Origin: Campylobacterota bacterium
Lineage (GTDB): Bacteria > Campylobacterota > Campylobacteria > Campylobacterales > Sulfurovaceae
DNA length: 10,789 nt
Reading direction: 5' to 3'
Assembly: GCA_034722955.1 (NCBI GenBank)
Contig: JAYEOM010000098.1
Location: 1-10,789 of the forward strand
The notes beneath the pieces were generated by a model. It searched no databases. It was not told the origin of the DNA and was given only the letters and a program-made list of their open reading frames with translations. Position numbers and translations under genes: made by a program. The first letter of the stretch is position 1, and the number at the start of each line of letters is the position of its first letter. This document shows, piece by piece, positions 1 to 7,386 of this stretch.

Positions 1-2
1 TG

Positions 3-605
3 GGAACACGAGGCTATGAGAATGGTTTTGAGGTGACACTGCAAAAGCATGCTATAAACAAGCCACTCACGATGAAAAAGCCTCAAATGATTTTCGTAAA
101 CTCTATGAGCGATATATTTCATAAAGAGATACCTGATGAGTATATCATAGAGATATTTGAAGTGATGAAGCAAGCCCATTGGCATACCTTTCAAGTCCTC
201 ACCAAGAGACCTGAACGACTAGAAAAGATAGCAGACAAGCTCAAATGGACAGATAATATATGGATGGGTGTGACAGTAGAAGCCAACGACTATGTAGAGA
301 GAGTAGACTATCTCAGAGATATAGATGCAAAGATAAAGTTTTTATCTGTAGAGCCACTCATCGACTCTGTAGATAGACTCAACTATGAAGGGATAGACTG
401 GGTAATCGTAGGTGGAGAGAGTGGTTATGGGGCTAGAGCGATGAGAGAAGAGTGGGCTACAGAGGTGAGAGATAGATGCAGAGATGCAGATATACCCTTT
501 TTCTTCAAGCAATGGGGTGGAGTCAATAAAAAGAAAAATGGTAGATTATTAGAGGGTATGATTTATGATGAGATGCCTGAGATAGGAAGTCAGGGACTAT
601 TTTAA
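3..605 (+). CDS. DUF5131 family protein (phage Gp37/Gp68-like, radical-SAM-related), 5'-truncated by the window edge
   Basis: The frame is open from base 3 (GTRGYENGFEVTLQKH...), upstream of the track's GTG start at 33. Family motifs FVNSMSDIFH, HTFQVLTKRPER, NIWMGVTVE, FLSVEPL, DWVIVGGESG and FFFKQWGG are present. The N-terminal Cys cluster would lie before the window. Confidence 0.92.
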   Translation, partial: GTRGYENGFEVTLQKHAINKPLTMKKPQMIFVNSMSDIFHKEIPDEYIIEIFEVMKQAHWHTFQVLTKRPERLEKIADKLKWTDNIWMGVTVEANDYVERVDYLRDIDAKIKFLSVEPLIDSVDRLNYEGIDWVIVGGESGYGARAMREEWATEVRDRCRDADIPFFFKQWGGVNKKKNGRLLEGMIYDEMPEIGSQGLF

Positions 606-829
606 AGTTGGTCGCCTATAAGGTTAGACGAAAACCACCTCTTGATACTGGGTGGTATCTGAGCAACACTACTATAGATAAATTGTCTTTAAATATAGGT
701 GAAGCAAATGAGTAAAACAAAATAGAGTGTCAAAGCGTTATAGAAACATGAGGTTATGAGAATGGCTTTGAAGTGACACTGCAATAGCATATTTCAGGAT
801 AAGTGAGCACCTTCAGAGTTGGTCACCTA
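606..829 (+). repeat. Imperfect 13-bp direct repeat AGTTGGTCRCCTA (606-618 and 817-829)
   Basis: 12/13 identical. One copy directly follows the intact DUF5131 stop and the other follows the remnant. Confidence 0.6.
708..790 (+). pseudogene. Decayed, internally deleted remnant of a second DUF5131 gene copy
   Basis: 741-790 matches 1-50 at 43/50 nt with no gaps and reads ET*GYENGFEVTLQ*H. ATG AGT AAA ACA AAA TAG AGT GT at 708 becomes MSKTKIE(C) with one A restored, resembling the family N-terminus (..KIEW). Confidence 0.75.
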
Positions 830-853
830 AATTTTTGTTTAATCAACTTCTTG

Positions 854-859
854 TATAAT
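854..859 (+). promoter_or_regulatory. Putative sigma70 -10 element for the Sel1 gene
   Basis: TATAAT in an AT-rich intergenic context about 40 nt upstream of ATG 901. Confidence 0.5.
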
Positions 860-900
860 CAATTTATCAAAATTTACTATGAGACAATTTGGAGAATACA

Positions 901-1476
901 ATGACACAAGAAGCCTACCAAGCACTACTAGACAGAGAATATAGCAGAGCATTTGAACTCTATACTCTGCTTGTCAAAGAGCAAGAACCCACAGCCTATT
1001 ACTACCTAGGGTTCCTCTATTTTAATGGATTTGGAGTAGAAAGAGATATGACTAAAGCTCATCAACTCTACCTGGAGGCAGCTACAAGAGAGGTTCCTGT
1101 GGCTCAGTTTGAGGTGGCTATGATGTTTGAAAATGGTGATGGATGTACTCAAAACTATTCAGAATCCGCCTTTTGGTACGAGGAGTCTGCAAAGAGAGGA
1201 AATATGGATGCCTTCAATAACTTAGCAGTTCTCTTCAAAGAGGGCTTAGGGGTAGAGCAAGATTATAAAAAATCATTTATCCTATTTAAGAAAGCAGCTG
1301 ATGCAGGTAGCCCACAAGCACAGTTCAATCTCGGAGCTATGTATGATCAGGGGCTTGGATGCGAAACGAGCCAAGAGAGGGCTATCGAGTATTGCCGCAA
1401 AGCAGCATATGCAGGTCACAAGAGAGCCAAAGAGCTTATATACCGACTACAGCTTGACGGGAGCATTGTCTTTTAG
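901..1476 (+). CDS. Sel1-like repeat (SLR/TPR) protein
   Basis: About four Sel1 repeats (AYYYLGFLYFNGFGVERD, AQFEVAMMFENGDG, AFNNLAVLFKEGLGVEQD, AQFNLGAMYDQGLG). GGAG at 891-894 favours ATG 901 over TTG 889. No signal peptide is evident. Confidence 0.92.
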   Translation: MTQEAYQALLDREYSRAFELYTLLVKEQEPTAYYYLGFLYFNGFGVERDMTKAHQLYLEAATREVPVAQFEVAMMFENGDGCTQNYSESAFWYEESAKRGNMDAFNNLAVLFKEGLGVEQDYKKSFILFKKAADAGSPQAQFNLGAMYDQGLGCETSQERAIEYCRKAAYAGHKRAKELIYRLQLDGSIVF

Positions 1477-1544
1477 AAACCATCACTCTCTCAGAGAAGC
1501 TGTAAATATTTCAAGTAAGTATAAAACAACCAAAACGGAGGTCT

Positions 1545-1652
1545 ATGATGGCAAATGCAGAAAACAGTGAACTTAGGCTACCCCAAGCAGAGATCAAAAG
1601 AGAGGAGTATTATGGATTTGCCTTTGTTCCACTGATATATACTACAAGTTAA
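1545..1652 (+). CDS. Small ORF of 34-35 aa (MMANAENSELRLPQAEIKREEYYGFAFVPLIYTTS); small protein or gene remnant
   Basis: GGAGG at 1537-1541 lies 6 nt before ATG 1548. The ORF fills the gap between the Sel1 and SHOCT genes and is absent from the ORF track. Confidence 0.45.
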   Translation: MMANAENSELRLPQAEIKREEYYGFAFVPLIYTTS

Positions 1653-1659
1653 ATTGTTT

Positions 1660-1668
1660 TGCTATAAT
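1660..1668 (+). promoter_or_regulatory. Extended -10 promoter TGCTATAAT
   Basis: Perfect TGnTATAAT, with SD AGGA at 1691-1694 and ATG at 1701. Confidence 0.7.
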
Positions 1669-1700
1669 TACGAAAAGCAACTTCTTGAGCAGGAACAAAC

Positions 1701-2054
1701 ATGACAAAACAACTATTGATATCTTTATTGGTATTTTCATCTCTTCATGCTGAGGATATCAGTCCCGAAGAGCTAAATAGTATCTATATCGAAGCTATTT
1801 TATTTGTTACTGTTTTTGGTCTGATGTCTGTCGCCTCATTCTTTATCTCTAGGAGACATGCCAGACAAAACGCACTAAAAGAGTCTCTAAAGAGGTCACA
1901 AGATGAGATCAGAGAAAACTCTCAGACTACTTCATCGGATAAACCCAACGACAGTTCAGATAAAACCACAAGAGTCGAAGAGCTCTCCAAAATGTTGAAT
2001 GATGGACTCATCACAGATGAGGAGTTTCAAACTTTAAAGTCTGTTTCCAAATAA
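1701..2054 (+). CDS. Membrane protein with a C-terminal SHOCT domain
   Basis: Signal peptide (..SSLHA/ED), one TM helix (AILFVTVFGLMSVASFFI), and a SHOCT-like end (VEELSKMLNDGLITDEEFQTLK). Confidence 0.8.
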   Translation: MTKQLLISLLVFSSLHAEDISPEELNSIYIEAILFVTVFGLMSVASFFISRRHARQNALKESLKRSQDEIRENSQTTSSDKPNDSSDKTTRVEELSKMLNDGLITDEEFQTLKSVSK

Positions 2055-2082
2055 TACCTCCCTTTATAAATAACATAAACGA

Positions 2083-2088
2083 TATAAT
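2083..2088 (+). promoter_or_regulatory. Putative -10 element for the flavoprotein gene
   Basis: GA-TATAAT about 30 nt upstream of ATG 2119, followed by an SD-like AAAGGT. Confidence 0.55.
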
Positions 2089-2118
2089 ACGCCAATAATT
2101 ACAAAAAGGTACTATAAG

Positions 2119-3615
2119 ATGAAAAAAATGATATATGATGTTTGTGTGATAGGATCTGGACCTGCCGGATTTGCGGCTGCTATGCGTTCATACGATTTTG
2201 GCAATCATGTCTGCATCATAGAGGGGGGAGATATTGGAGGAGCCAGCATCTACGGTGGTGTACTTATCTCAAAAACCATGTGGGAGCTATCTAGTAACTA
2301 TTCAGTTGCCAAACGGACAGATAGAGGATATAGGGCTTCGGGATTGAGTATCGACTATGATAAAGTGAGAGATACTGTCTTTGAGGCCGCAAAAGAGAGA
2401 GAGTACCAGCTATTGTCACAGATAGAGACTTTCACTAAAAGAGCAGACTCCCAAAAAAGTATCACACTCATAAGAGGGTGGGCAAAATTTGAGACACTCA
2501 AGAGATTGAGAGTCACACAAAAAGATGGTGAAACTGTAGAGATTGAAGCAGAAAATTTTGTCATAGCTACAGGCTCACACCCAAGAAAACACCCACTGTT
2601 CGAGATAGATGGTGAGAAGATCATCACCTCTGATCATATATTGAAACTCAAGAAGTTTCCCAAACGAATATTGATTGTTGGTGCAGGTATCGTAGGATGT
2701 GAATTTGCAACAGTTTTTGCCAATTTTGGTGAGACAAAAGTACACCTGCTTGATTCTCAAGAGAGAGTCATCCCTTTCGAAGATGATGATGTGAGTGATT
2801 ATGCCAGTGACAGACTATCAGATATCGGGGTTCATATACATCATCAGGCGACACTCAGAGAGGTGAGAAAAGAGGAGAATCATATAGATATCATACTTGA
2901 CTATAAAGATGGGCATACAGAGGTGATCGCTGTAGATGTAGTCTTGATCTCCATAGGAAGAGTACCCACCGTCAAGAAGCTCGGACTTGAAAATATCGGT
3001 GTCAAGCTTACCGATAGAAGTCTGTTGACTGTTGATGAAAATTGCAGAGTTAGAGACAATATCTATGCAGCAGGCGATATTTCCGGCGGTCCTGCACTTG
3101 TCAATATCGCCGAGATGGAGGGTCGATTTACTGCAAAAGCGATAGAGAAGAGGATCACATTTCCGTTAAGATATAGAAATATCTCTACCATTATGTTTTT
3201 CAATCCTGAGATCTCCGCCATTGGCTTAAACGAAAAAGAGTGTCAAGAGAAAAACATAGCCTATAAGGTTGTCACCTACAAGCACTCCCTAGTTGCAAGA
3301 GCCATCGCCATGCGAGAGACAGATGGCTTCTTCAAGCTGATAGTAACAGATGAAGAGAATCCCAAAGTACTAGGCATGAGAGCTGCAGGACTGCAGGCAG
3401 CTGCTTCCATCATGTATATTGCTACAGTTATGGATCATCACAAGCAACGCGTTAAAGATATTATGAAGACCATACATCCTCATCCTAGTATGACAGAGGG
3501 GATCGTAGAGTGCCTGAGGGTATTGGTAGGAAAATCCATATTGAAACCGGATGCTTTTCCTGACTATATTAGTTTCAAAGTATGGAGACCAACAGGGTCA
3601 ACTTCTATCACATGA
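2119..3615 (+). CDS. Class I pyridine nucleotide-disulfide oxidoreductase-family flavoprotein (Lpd/SthA-like) lacking the redox CxxxxC
   Basis: FAD motif VIGSGPAG, IATGS, NAD motif IVGAGIVGCE, IYAAGD, and a dimerisation domain with HPHPSMTE. The active-site segment reads GGASIYGGVLISK instead of GGTCLNVGCIPSK. Confidence 0.9.
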   Translation: MKKMIYDVCVIGSGPAGFAAAMRSYDFGNHVCIIEGGDIGGASIYGGVLISKTMWELSSNYSVAKRTDRGYRASGLSIDYDKVRDTVFEAAKEREYQLLSQIETFTKRADSQKSITLIRGWAKFETLKRLRVTQKDGETVEIEAENFVIATGSHPRKHPLFEIDGEKIITSDHILKLKKFPKRILIVGAGIVGCEFATVFANFGETKVHLLDSQERVIPFEDDDVSDYASDRLSDIGVHIHHQATLREVRKEENHIDIILDYKDGHTEVIAVDVVLISIGRVPTVKKLGLENIGVKLTDRSLLTVDENCRVRDNIYAAGDISGGPALVNIAEMEGRFTAKAIEKRITFPLRYRNISTIMFFNPEISAIGLNEKECQEKNIAYKVVTYKHSLVARAIAMRETDGFFKLIVTDEENPKVLGMRAAGLQAAASIMYIATVMDHHKQRVKDIMKTIHPHPSMTEGIVECLRVLVGKSILKPDAFPDYISFKVWRPTGSTSIT

Positions 3616-3693
3616 TCTTGTTTAGGCTATCCCAATGAAATAGACACCCAAATAGCTTTATTTCGTTGAGGTATCCTTAAATAATCCATTGAG

Positions 3694-3702
3694 TGCTATA
3701 AT
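3694..3702 (+). promoter_or_regulatory. Extended -10 promoter TGCTATAAT for amrA-amrB
   Basis: Perfect TGnTATAAT, with SD AAGGGG upstream of ATG 3744. Confidence 0.7.
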
Positions 3703-3743
3703 AAGGAAAATACTATTTTCAAATAGTCTAAAAGGGGTTTATT

Positions 3744-4301
3744 ATGGGTGAGATTGTGATCGGGCTGGCAAAGGCTGCTATAGCTGTAGCTCTAGGGATG
3801 GATAGCTCTTTTGATTTAGAAGAGGCACTTGAGCGTTATCCGCAACTCAAAGAGAATGGTGCTGTATTTGTGACACTTACCAAATCTCCAAATGACCAAC
3901 TCAGAGGATGTATTGGATCTCTCACTGCATATCAACCTCTATATAAAGATATCATCTCCAATGCAGAGTCTGCTGCACTGCGTGATCCACGATTTAGACC
4001 ACTGAGCAAGGATGAGCTTGGGGAGATAAAGATAGAGGTCTCTATACTCTCAGAGCCAAAACCTCTGCTCTATCGAGATACCGAAGATCTCAGGAGAAAA
4101 ATCAAACCTGCTATAGATGGTGTAGTGTTGGAGTACGGTGGGTATAGAGCTACCTATCTGCCGCAAGTTTGGGAGCAGCTGCCACAATTCGACTCTTTCT
4201 TTGCCTCACTGTGTCAAAAGGCAGGATTGGCTGGAGAGTGTCTCGATAAACATCCTGATATCAAAACTTATCAAGCAACAAAATATAGAGAGGAGTCATG
4301 A
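3744..4301 (+). CDS. amrA: AmmeMemoRadiSam system protein A (AMMECR1 domain)
   Basis: GAVFVTL, the LRGCIG signature, AALRDPRF, IEVSILS, ATYLPQVW and LCQKAG. Confidence 0.93.
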   Translation: MGEIVIGLAKAAIAVALGMDSSFDLEEALERYPQLKENGAVFVTLTKSPNDQLRGCIGSLTAYQPLYKDIISNAESAALRDPRFRPLSKDELGEIKIEVSILSEPKPLLYRDTEDLRRKIKPAIDGVVLEYGGYRATYLPQVWEQLPQFDSFFASLCQKAGLAGECLDKHPDIKTYQATKYREES

Positions 4302-5104
4302 TGCAACCCACAAGAGCAGCAGCAGTAAGCGGAACATTTTATCCTGACAAGTGCAAAAAGCTGGAGATATATTTTCAAAAGTTTACTGATCTTATAGATA
4401 AAGAGACAAAAGAAAAACCGATCTTCAAGGTCACTCCAAGAGCCATCATAGCACCTCATGCCGGCTATATCTACAGTGGATTTACTGCAAACATAGCCTA
4501 TACCATCTTGTCAAATAACCCTGTCAAGCGAGTGATAGTCATCGGTCCAAGCCATCACCACTACTTTGAAGGAGTTAGCGGTAGCTATTTTGAGAGTTAT
4601 GAAACTCCTTGTGGCGATATAGATATAGATACTACCTATCTCATCGATCTAGCCAAGAGATTTAAGATCGGGTTTGAACCAGAGGCACATCGGAGAGAAC
4701 ACTCAACAGAAGTGCAGATGCCTCTCATCCGACACTACCTGCCAAAAGCAGAAGTGATAGAGCTCATCTATGGTCAGACTTCACCAGATAAGATCGCAAA
4801 GATCATCACCTATCTACTAAAAGATAGAGAGAATGCTATAGTTATCAGTACAGATCTTAGTCACTTCCATAGTCAGGAGAAGGCACGAACTCTTGATATG
4901 ATCTGCCTAGATGCCATATCCTCATTAGATAGCAAAAAACTTGATCAAGGGTGTGAAGCATGTGGGATGATAGGAGTCAATGCCATGATAGAGGCAGCCA
5001 CAGCAGCGGGATTGAAGTCACAGCTTATAGACTATAGAACCAGTGCAGACTATAGTGGAGATAGCTCTAGTGTTGTAGGATATACTAGTGCCGTTTTCTA
5101 TTAA
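4298..5104 (+). CDS. amrB: AmmeMemoRadiSam system protein B (MEMO1 family, extradiol-dioxygenase-like fold)
   Basis: RAAAVSGTFYP, IAPHAGYIYSG, IGPSH, EHSTEVQMP, ISTDLSH, ACG and VVGY. It overlaps the amrA stop. SD AGGAG at 4291-4295 suggests the second ATG (4301) may be the true start. Confidence 0.93.
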   Translation: MMQPTRAAAVSGTFYPDKCKKLEIYFQKFTDLIDKETKEKPIFKVTPRAIIAPHAGYIYSGFTANIAYTILSNNPVKRVIVIGPSHHHYFEGVSGSYFESYETPCGDIDIDTTYLIDLAKRFKIGFEPEAHRREHSTEVQMPLIRHYLPKAEVIELIYGQTSPDKIAKIITYLLKDRENAIVISTDLSHFHSQEKARTLDMICLDAISSLDSKKLDQGCEACGMIGVNAMIEAATAAGLKSQLIDYRTSADYSGDSSSVVGYTSAVFY

Positions 5105-5116
5105 TTGGCATTATTG

Positions 5117-5122
5117 TAAAAT
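5117..5122 (+). promoter_or_regulatory. -10 element TAAAAT positioned for a leaderless transcript
   Basis: TAAAAT, then 6 nt, then ATG 5129. No SD is present in 5105-5128. Confidence 0.55.
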
Positions 5123-5128
5123 ATATTT

Positions 5129-5623
5129 ATGAATAAACTTATCGCTTCTCTCTTTTTGCTTATTATAATCTATGGAGTATATAATGCAAAATTCTCTATA
5201 TCCAAAGAGCCCAAAGATGAGAAGAGATCATCACCATATCAAACTCACACAAAACTACACCATACTACTCATTTCGAAGATGAACTCTCCAAGATAGATA
5301 CGATAGAGTACAGCAAAGCATATATCATCTCTATCATCGATCATGGCTCTTATGATCTGGGATTTAGTGGTGGTGTCATGGAGGGTGGCTTCGCCTCTTC
5401 TGAGGATGCCCCCAAGATCGCATGTCATGTTATAGCACTATCTGGCAAGAGATGCGAAGAGCCATACCCTAACGATGCAGAGATGTTCTATACGAGTATT
5501 TGCGGAGGCTGTCATGGCAATGACGGCAAAGGGTTAAATGGAAACTACCCTGACTTAACAAGAGCAAAACTGCTGGGCATCGAGAGAAGAGAAGAGTTTC
5601 TGAAGAGAAAAGTAGCCCATTAG
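5129..5623 (+). CDS. Membrane-anchored monoheme c-type cytochrome resembling the central part of cbb3 oxidase CcoP
   Basis: N-terminal hydrophobic anchor and one CxxCH (CGGCHGNDGKG...YPDL). The upstream segment IIDHGS..GGVM..DAPKIA is CcoP-like. Confidence 0.8.
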   Translation: MNKLIASLFLLIIIYGVYNAKFSISKEPKDEKRSSPYQTHTKLHHTTHFEDELSKIDTIEYSKAYIISIIDHGSYDLGFSGGVMEGGFASSEDAPKIACHVIALSGKRCEEPYPNDAEMFYTSICGGCHGNDGKGLNGNYPDLTRAKLLGIERREEFLKRKVAH

Positions 5624-5641
5624 GGATCACTAATATAATTA

Positions 5642-5650
5642 TGGTACAAT
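5642..5650 (+). promoter_or_regulatory. Putative extended -10 (TGGTACAAT) for the ars genes
   Basis: TGnTACAAT about 30 nt upstream of ATG 5680. An alternative TATAAT lies at 5634-5639. Confidence 0.5.
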
Positions 5651-5679
5651 TCCCAAAAACCAATACTAGGAGATCTACC

Positions 5680-6099
5680 ATGTCTAAAAAACGCGTTCTT
5701 ATCCTCTGTACAGGTAATAGTTGCCGATCTATCATGGCAGAAGCTTTGATAAATGCCAAACTTTCAGAGTGTGTAGAGGCAGAGAGTTCCGGAGTAGAAG
5801 CAAGCCTCAGGGTCAACCCCAATGCACAAAAACTCCTCCAAGAGCAGGGACTCTGGCAAGAGAGATACCACTCTAAGAGGATCGATAGGGTGCTGGATAG
5901 ACCATTTGATCTCATTGTTACTGTTTGTGACCATGCGAAAGAGACTTGCCCTCTGTTTCCCAAACCGATCAAAAGCATACATGTAGGCTTCGAAGATCCT
6001 AGCGGTATGGCTCAAAAAGAGTATGCAAAGACACTAAACCTCATAGAGGAGGAGTTGCTCCCGATCATCCAAAAAGAACTTTGCCAAGAGGAACTTTGA
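5680..6099 (+). CDS. arsC: Arsenate reductase ArsC, thioredoxin-coupled LMW-PTPase family
   Basis: P-loop CTGNSCRSIMAEA, VTVCDHAKETCP resolving cysteines, and FEDP. SD AGGAG at 5668-5672 supports ATG 5680 rather than 5641. Confidence 0.92.
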   Translation: MSKKRVLILCTGNSCRSIMAEALINAKLSECVEAESSGVEASLRVNPNAQKLLQEQGLWQERYHSKRIDRVLDRPFDLIVTVCDHAKETCPLFPKPIKSIHVGFEDPSGMAQKEYAKTLNLIEEELLPIIQKELCQEEL

Positions 6100-6102
6100 T
6101 AG

Positions 6103-7047
6103 ATGTGGTATGAGCTGAGCGGAGAGTTTGTCTCGACTGTTTTAGGAGTAGATGGGAGACTAGCAGATGCTCTGCACTTCTTTATCTATGATACTATCAA
6201 GATATGGTTTCTGCTTATAGCTATCATTTTCGCTGTTTCGCTTCTACGTACTTGGTTTAGTACAGAGTATGTCAGGGCTCATCTACAGGGCAAATCAGCC
6301 ATCTATGGATATGTAGTCGCTGCACTGTTTGGTATCATTACACCCTTTTGCTCATGTAGTGCGATACCTCTTTTTCTAGGATTTCTGCAAGCTCGCATCC
6401 CACTAGGTGTAACATTTAGTTATCTTATCTCTGCACCGATGAACAATGAGATCGCTATTGCTATGCTTTTTGGGCTTTTTGGATGGGAGATAACAGCTAT
6501 CTATATCAGTTTTGGGCTTCTTGTCGCTATTGTTGGCGGTTGGTTGATCGATAGACTTCATCTGGAAAATGAAGTTCTGCTAGAGGTGAAACCTGTAGAT
6601 ATCAAACTACATGCAGATATCATAAAGATCAGATTTTCAGAGCGGATCAGTGAAGCTTGGGATTACACCTATGATATCTTCAAAAAGATCTATCTCTATG
6701 TACTGTTAGGTGTCGCTGTGGGTGCTTGGATACATGGCTATATCCCGACAGATTTTATAGCCAAATATACAGGCGAAGGCAATCCATTTGCTGTGATCAT
6801 AGCTGTATTGATGGGTATCCCTATGTACTCCAATGCCGCTGGAGTCATGCCGTTAGTAGAGGTACTTACCAACAAAGGCATGCTGTTAGGAACTGCTCTG
6901 AGCTTCATGATGGCGGTCACAGCACTCAGTCTGCCCGAAGCACTGATACTCAAAAAGATTTTATCACTAAAGCTGATCAGTATCTTTTTTACTATTGTTG
7001 GCAGCGGTATCATTGTGATCGGTTATATGTTCAATTTTATACTATAG
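6103..7047 (+). CDS. arsP: DUF318 / ArsP-family permease
   Basis: Polytopic membrane protein with TPFCSCSAIP, GIPMYSNAAG and ALSLPE. It starts 3 nt after the arsC stop. Substrate is inferred from family and context only. Confidence 0.85.
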   Translation: MWYELSGEFVSTVLGVDGRLADALHFFIYDTIKIWFLLIAIIFAVSLLRTWFSTEYVRAHLQGKSAIYGYVVAALFGIITPFCSCSAIPLFLGFLQARIPLGVTFSYLISAPMNNEIAIAMLFGLFGWEITAIYISFGLLVAIVGGWLIDRLHLENEVLLEVKPVDIKLHADIIKIRFSERISEAWDYTYDIFKKIYLYVLLGVAVGAWIHGYIPTDFIAKYTGEGNPFAVIIAVLMGIPMYSNAAGVMPLVEVLTNKGMLLGTALSFMMAVTALSLPEALILKKILSLKLISIFFTIVGSGIIVIGYMFNFIL

Positions 7048-7055
7048 GAGAAAAA

Positions 7056-7322
7056 ATGAAAATAGAGATTTTAGGTACGGGTTGTGCCAAGTGCAAAGAG
7101 CTGGAAGCAAAAGCTATCAAAGCCGTAGCCTTGAGTGGCAAATTTGCACAAGTAGAGAAGGTGGAAGATATAGCCAAAATAATGGAGTATCAAGTTATGA
7201 GTACACCGGGTTTAGTTATAGATGGGGAGGTACTGAGCATAGGAAAAGTACTCAGTGTTGACGAGATCATTGATCTGATAAATAGAAGCATACCCTCCAC
7301 GGAGAGTGCTGATCCCAAATAA
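7056..7322 (+). CDS. Small redox-active disulfide protein (MTH895-type thioredoxin family)
   Basis: MKIEILGTGCAKC...VMSTPGLVIDG. SD AGGAG at 7046-7050 overlaps the permease stop. The track's start at 6726 is an over-extension. Confidence 0.9.
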   Translation: MKIEILGTGCAKCKELEAKAIKAVALSGKFAQVEKVEDIAKIMEYQVMSTPGLVIDGEVLSIGKVLSVDEIIDLINRSIPSTESADPK

Positions 7323-7386
7323 TAGTGAAAATGACTTCTCGTAAAATATTTAACCTACATAAGGCTATAAGATTTATGTGCCCATA

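Noticed and set aside
623..629. GTTAGAC as an integron attC core site (GTTRRRY)
   Set aside because: No matching RYYYAAC inverse core upstream, no attC-length palindrome, and no integrase seen.
606..667. Hammerhead ribozyme suggested by GACGAAA flanked by stems
   Set aside because: The required CUGANGA core is absent.
741..790. DGR template/variable repeat pair or CRISPR spacer-like copy of 1-50
   Set aside because: Mismatches are not confined to adenines, and no reverse transcriptase, cas gene or repeat array is in the window.
1301..1570. 89-aa alternative-frame ORF
   Set aside because: It overlaps the Sel1 gene out of frame and has no SD or recognisable motif.
2030..2065. Minus-strand SD-like GGGAGG followed by TTG
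   Set aside because: It opens only a 7-codon frame antisense to the end of the SHOCT gene, with no other support.
2355..2760. Minus-strand ORFs 2355-2627 and 2575-2760
   Set aside because: Antisense shadows of the flavoprotein gene.
2119..3615. Calling the flavoprotein lpdA, merA or sthA
   Set aside because: It has no redox CxxxxC and no MerA C-terminal Cys pair, and its C-terminal motif differs from SthA.
4138..4459. ORFs 4138-4347 (+) and 4271-4459 (-), the latter with a Cys cluster (CCCSC)
   Set aside because: They lie within amrA/amrB. The Cys run is the antisense reading of the GCA Ala codons of amrB.
5414..5428. Second heme site (KIACH) in the small cytochrome
   Set aside because: It has only one Cys and is not CxxCH.
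5469..6015. Minus-strand ORFs 5469-5978 and 5764-6015
   Set aside because: Antisense shadows of the cytochrome c and arsC genes.
6726..7055. N-terminal extension of the thioredoxin ORF, and minus-strand ORF 6738-7013
   Set aside because: Both overlap the permease. The real thioredoxin start is ATG 7056 with SD AGGAG.
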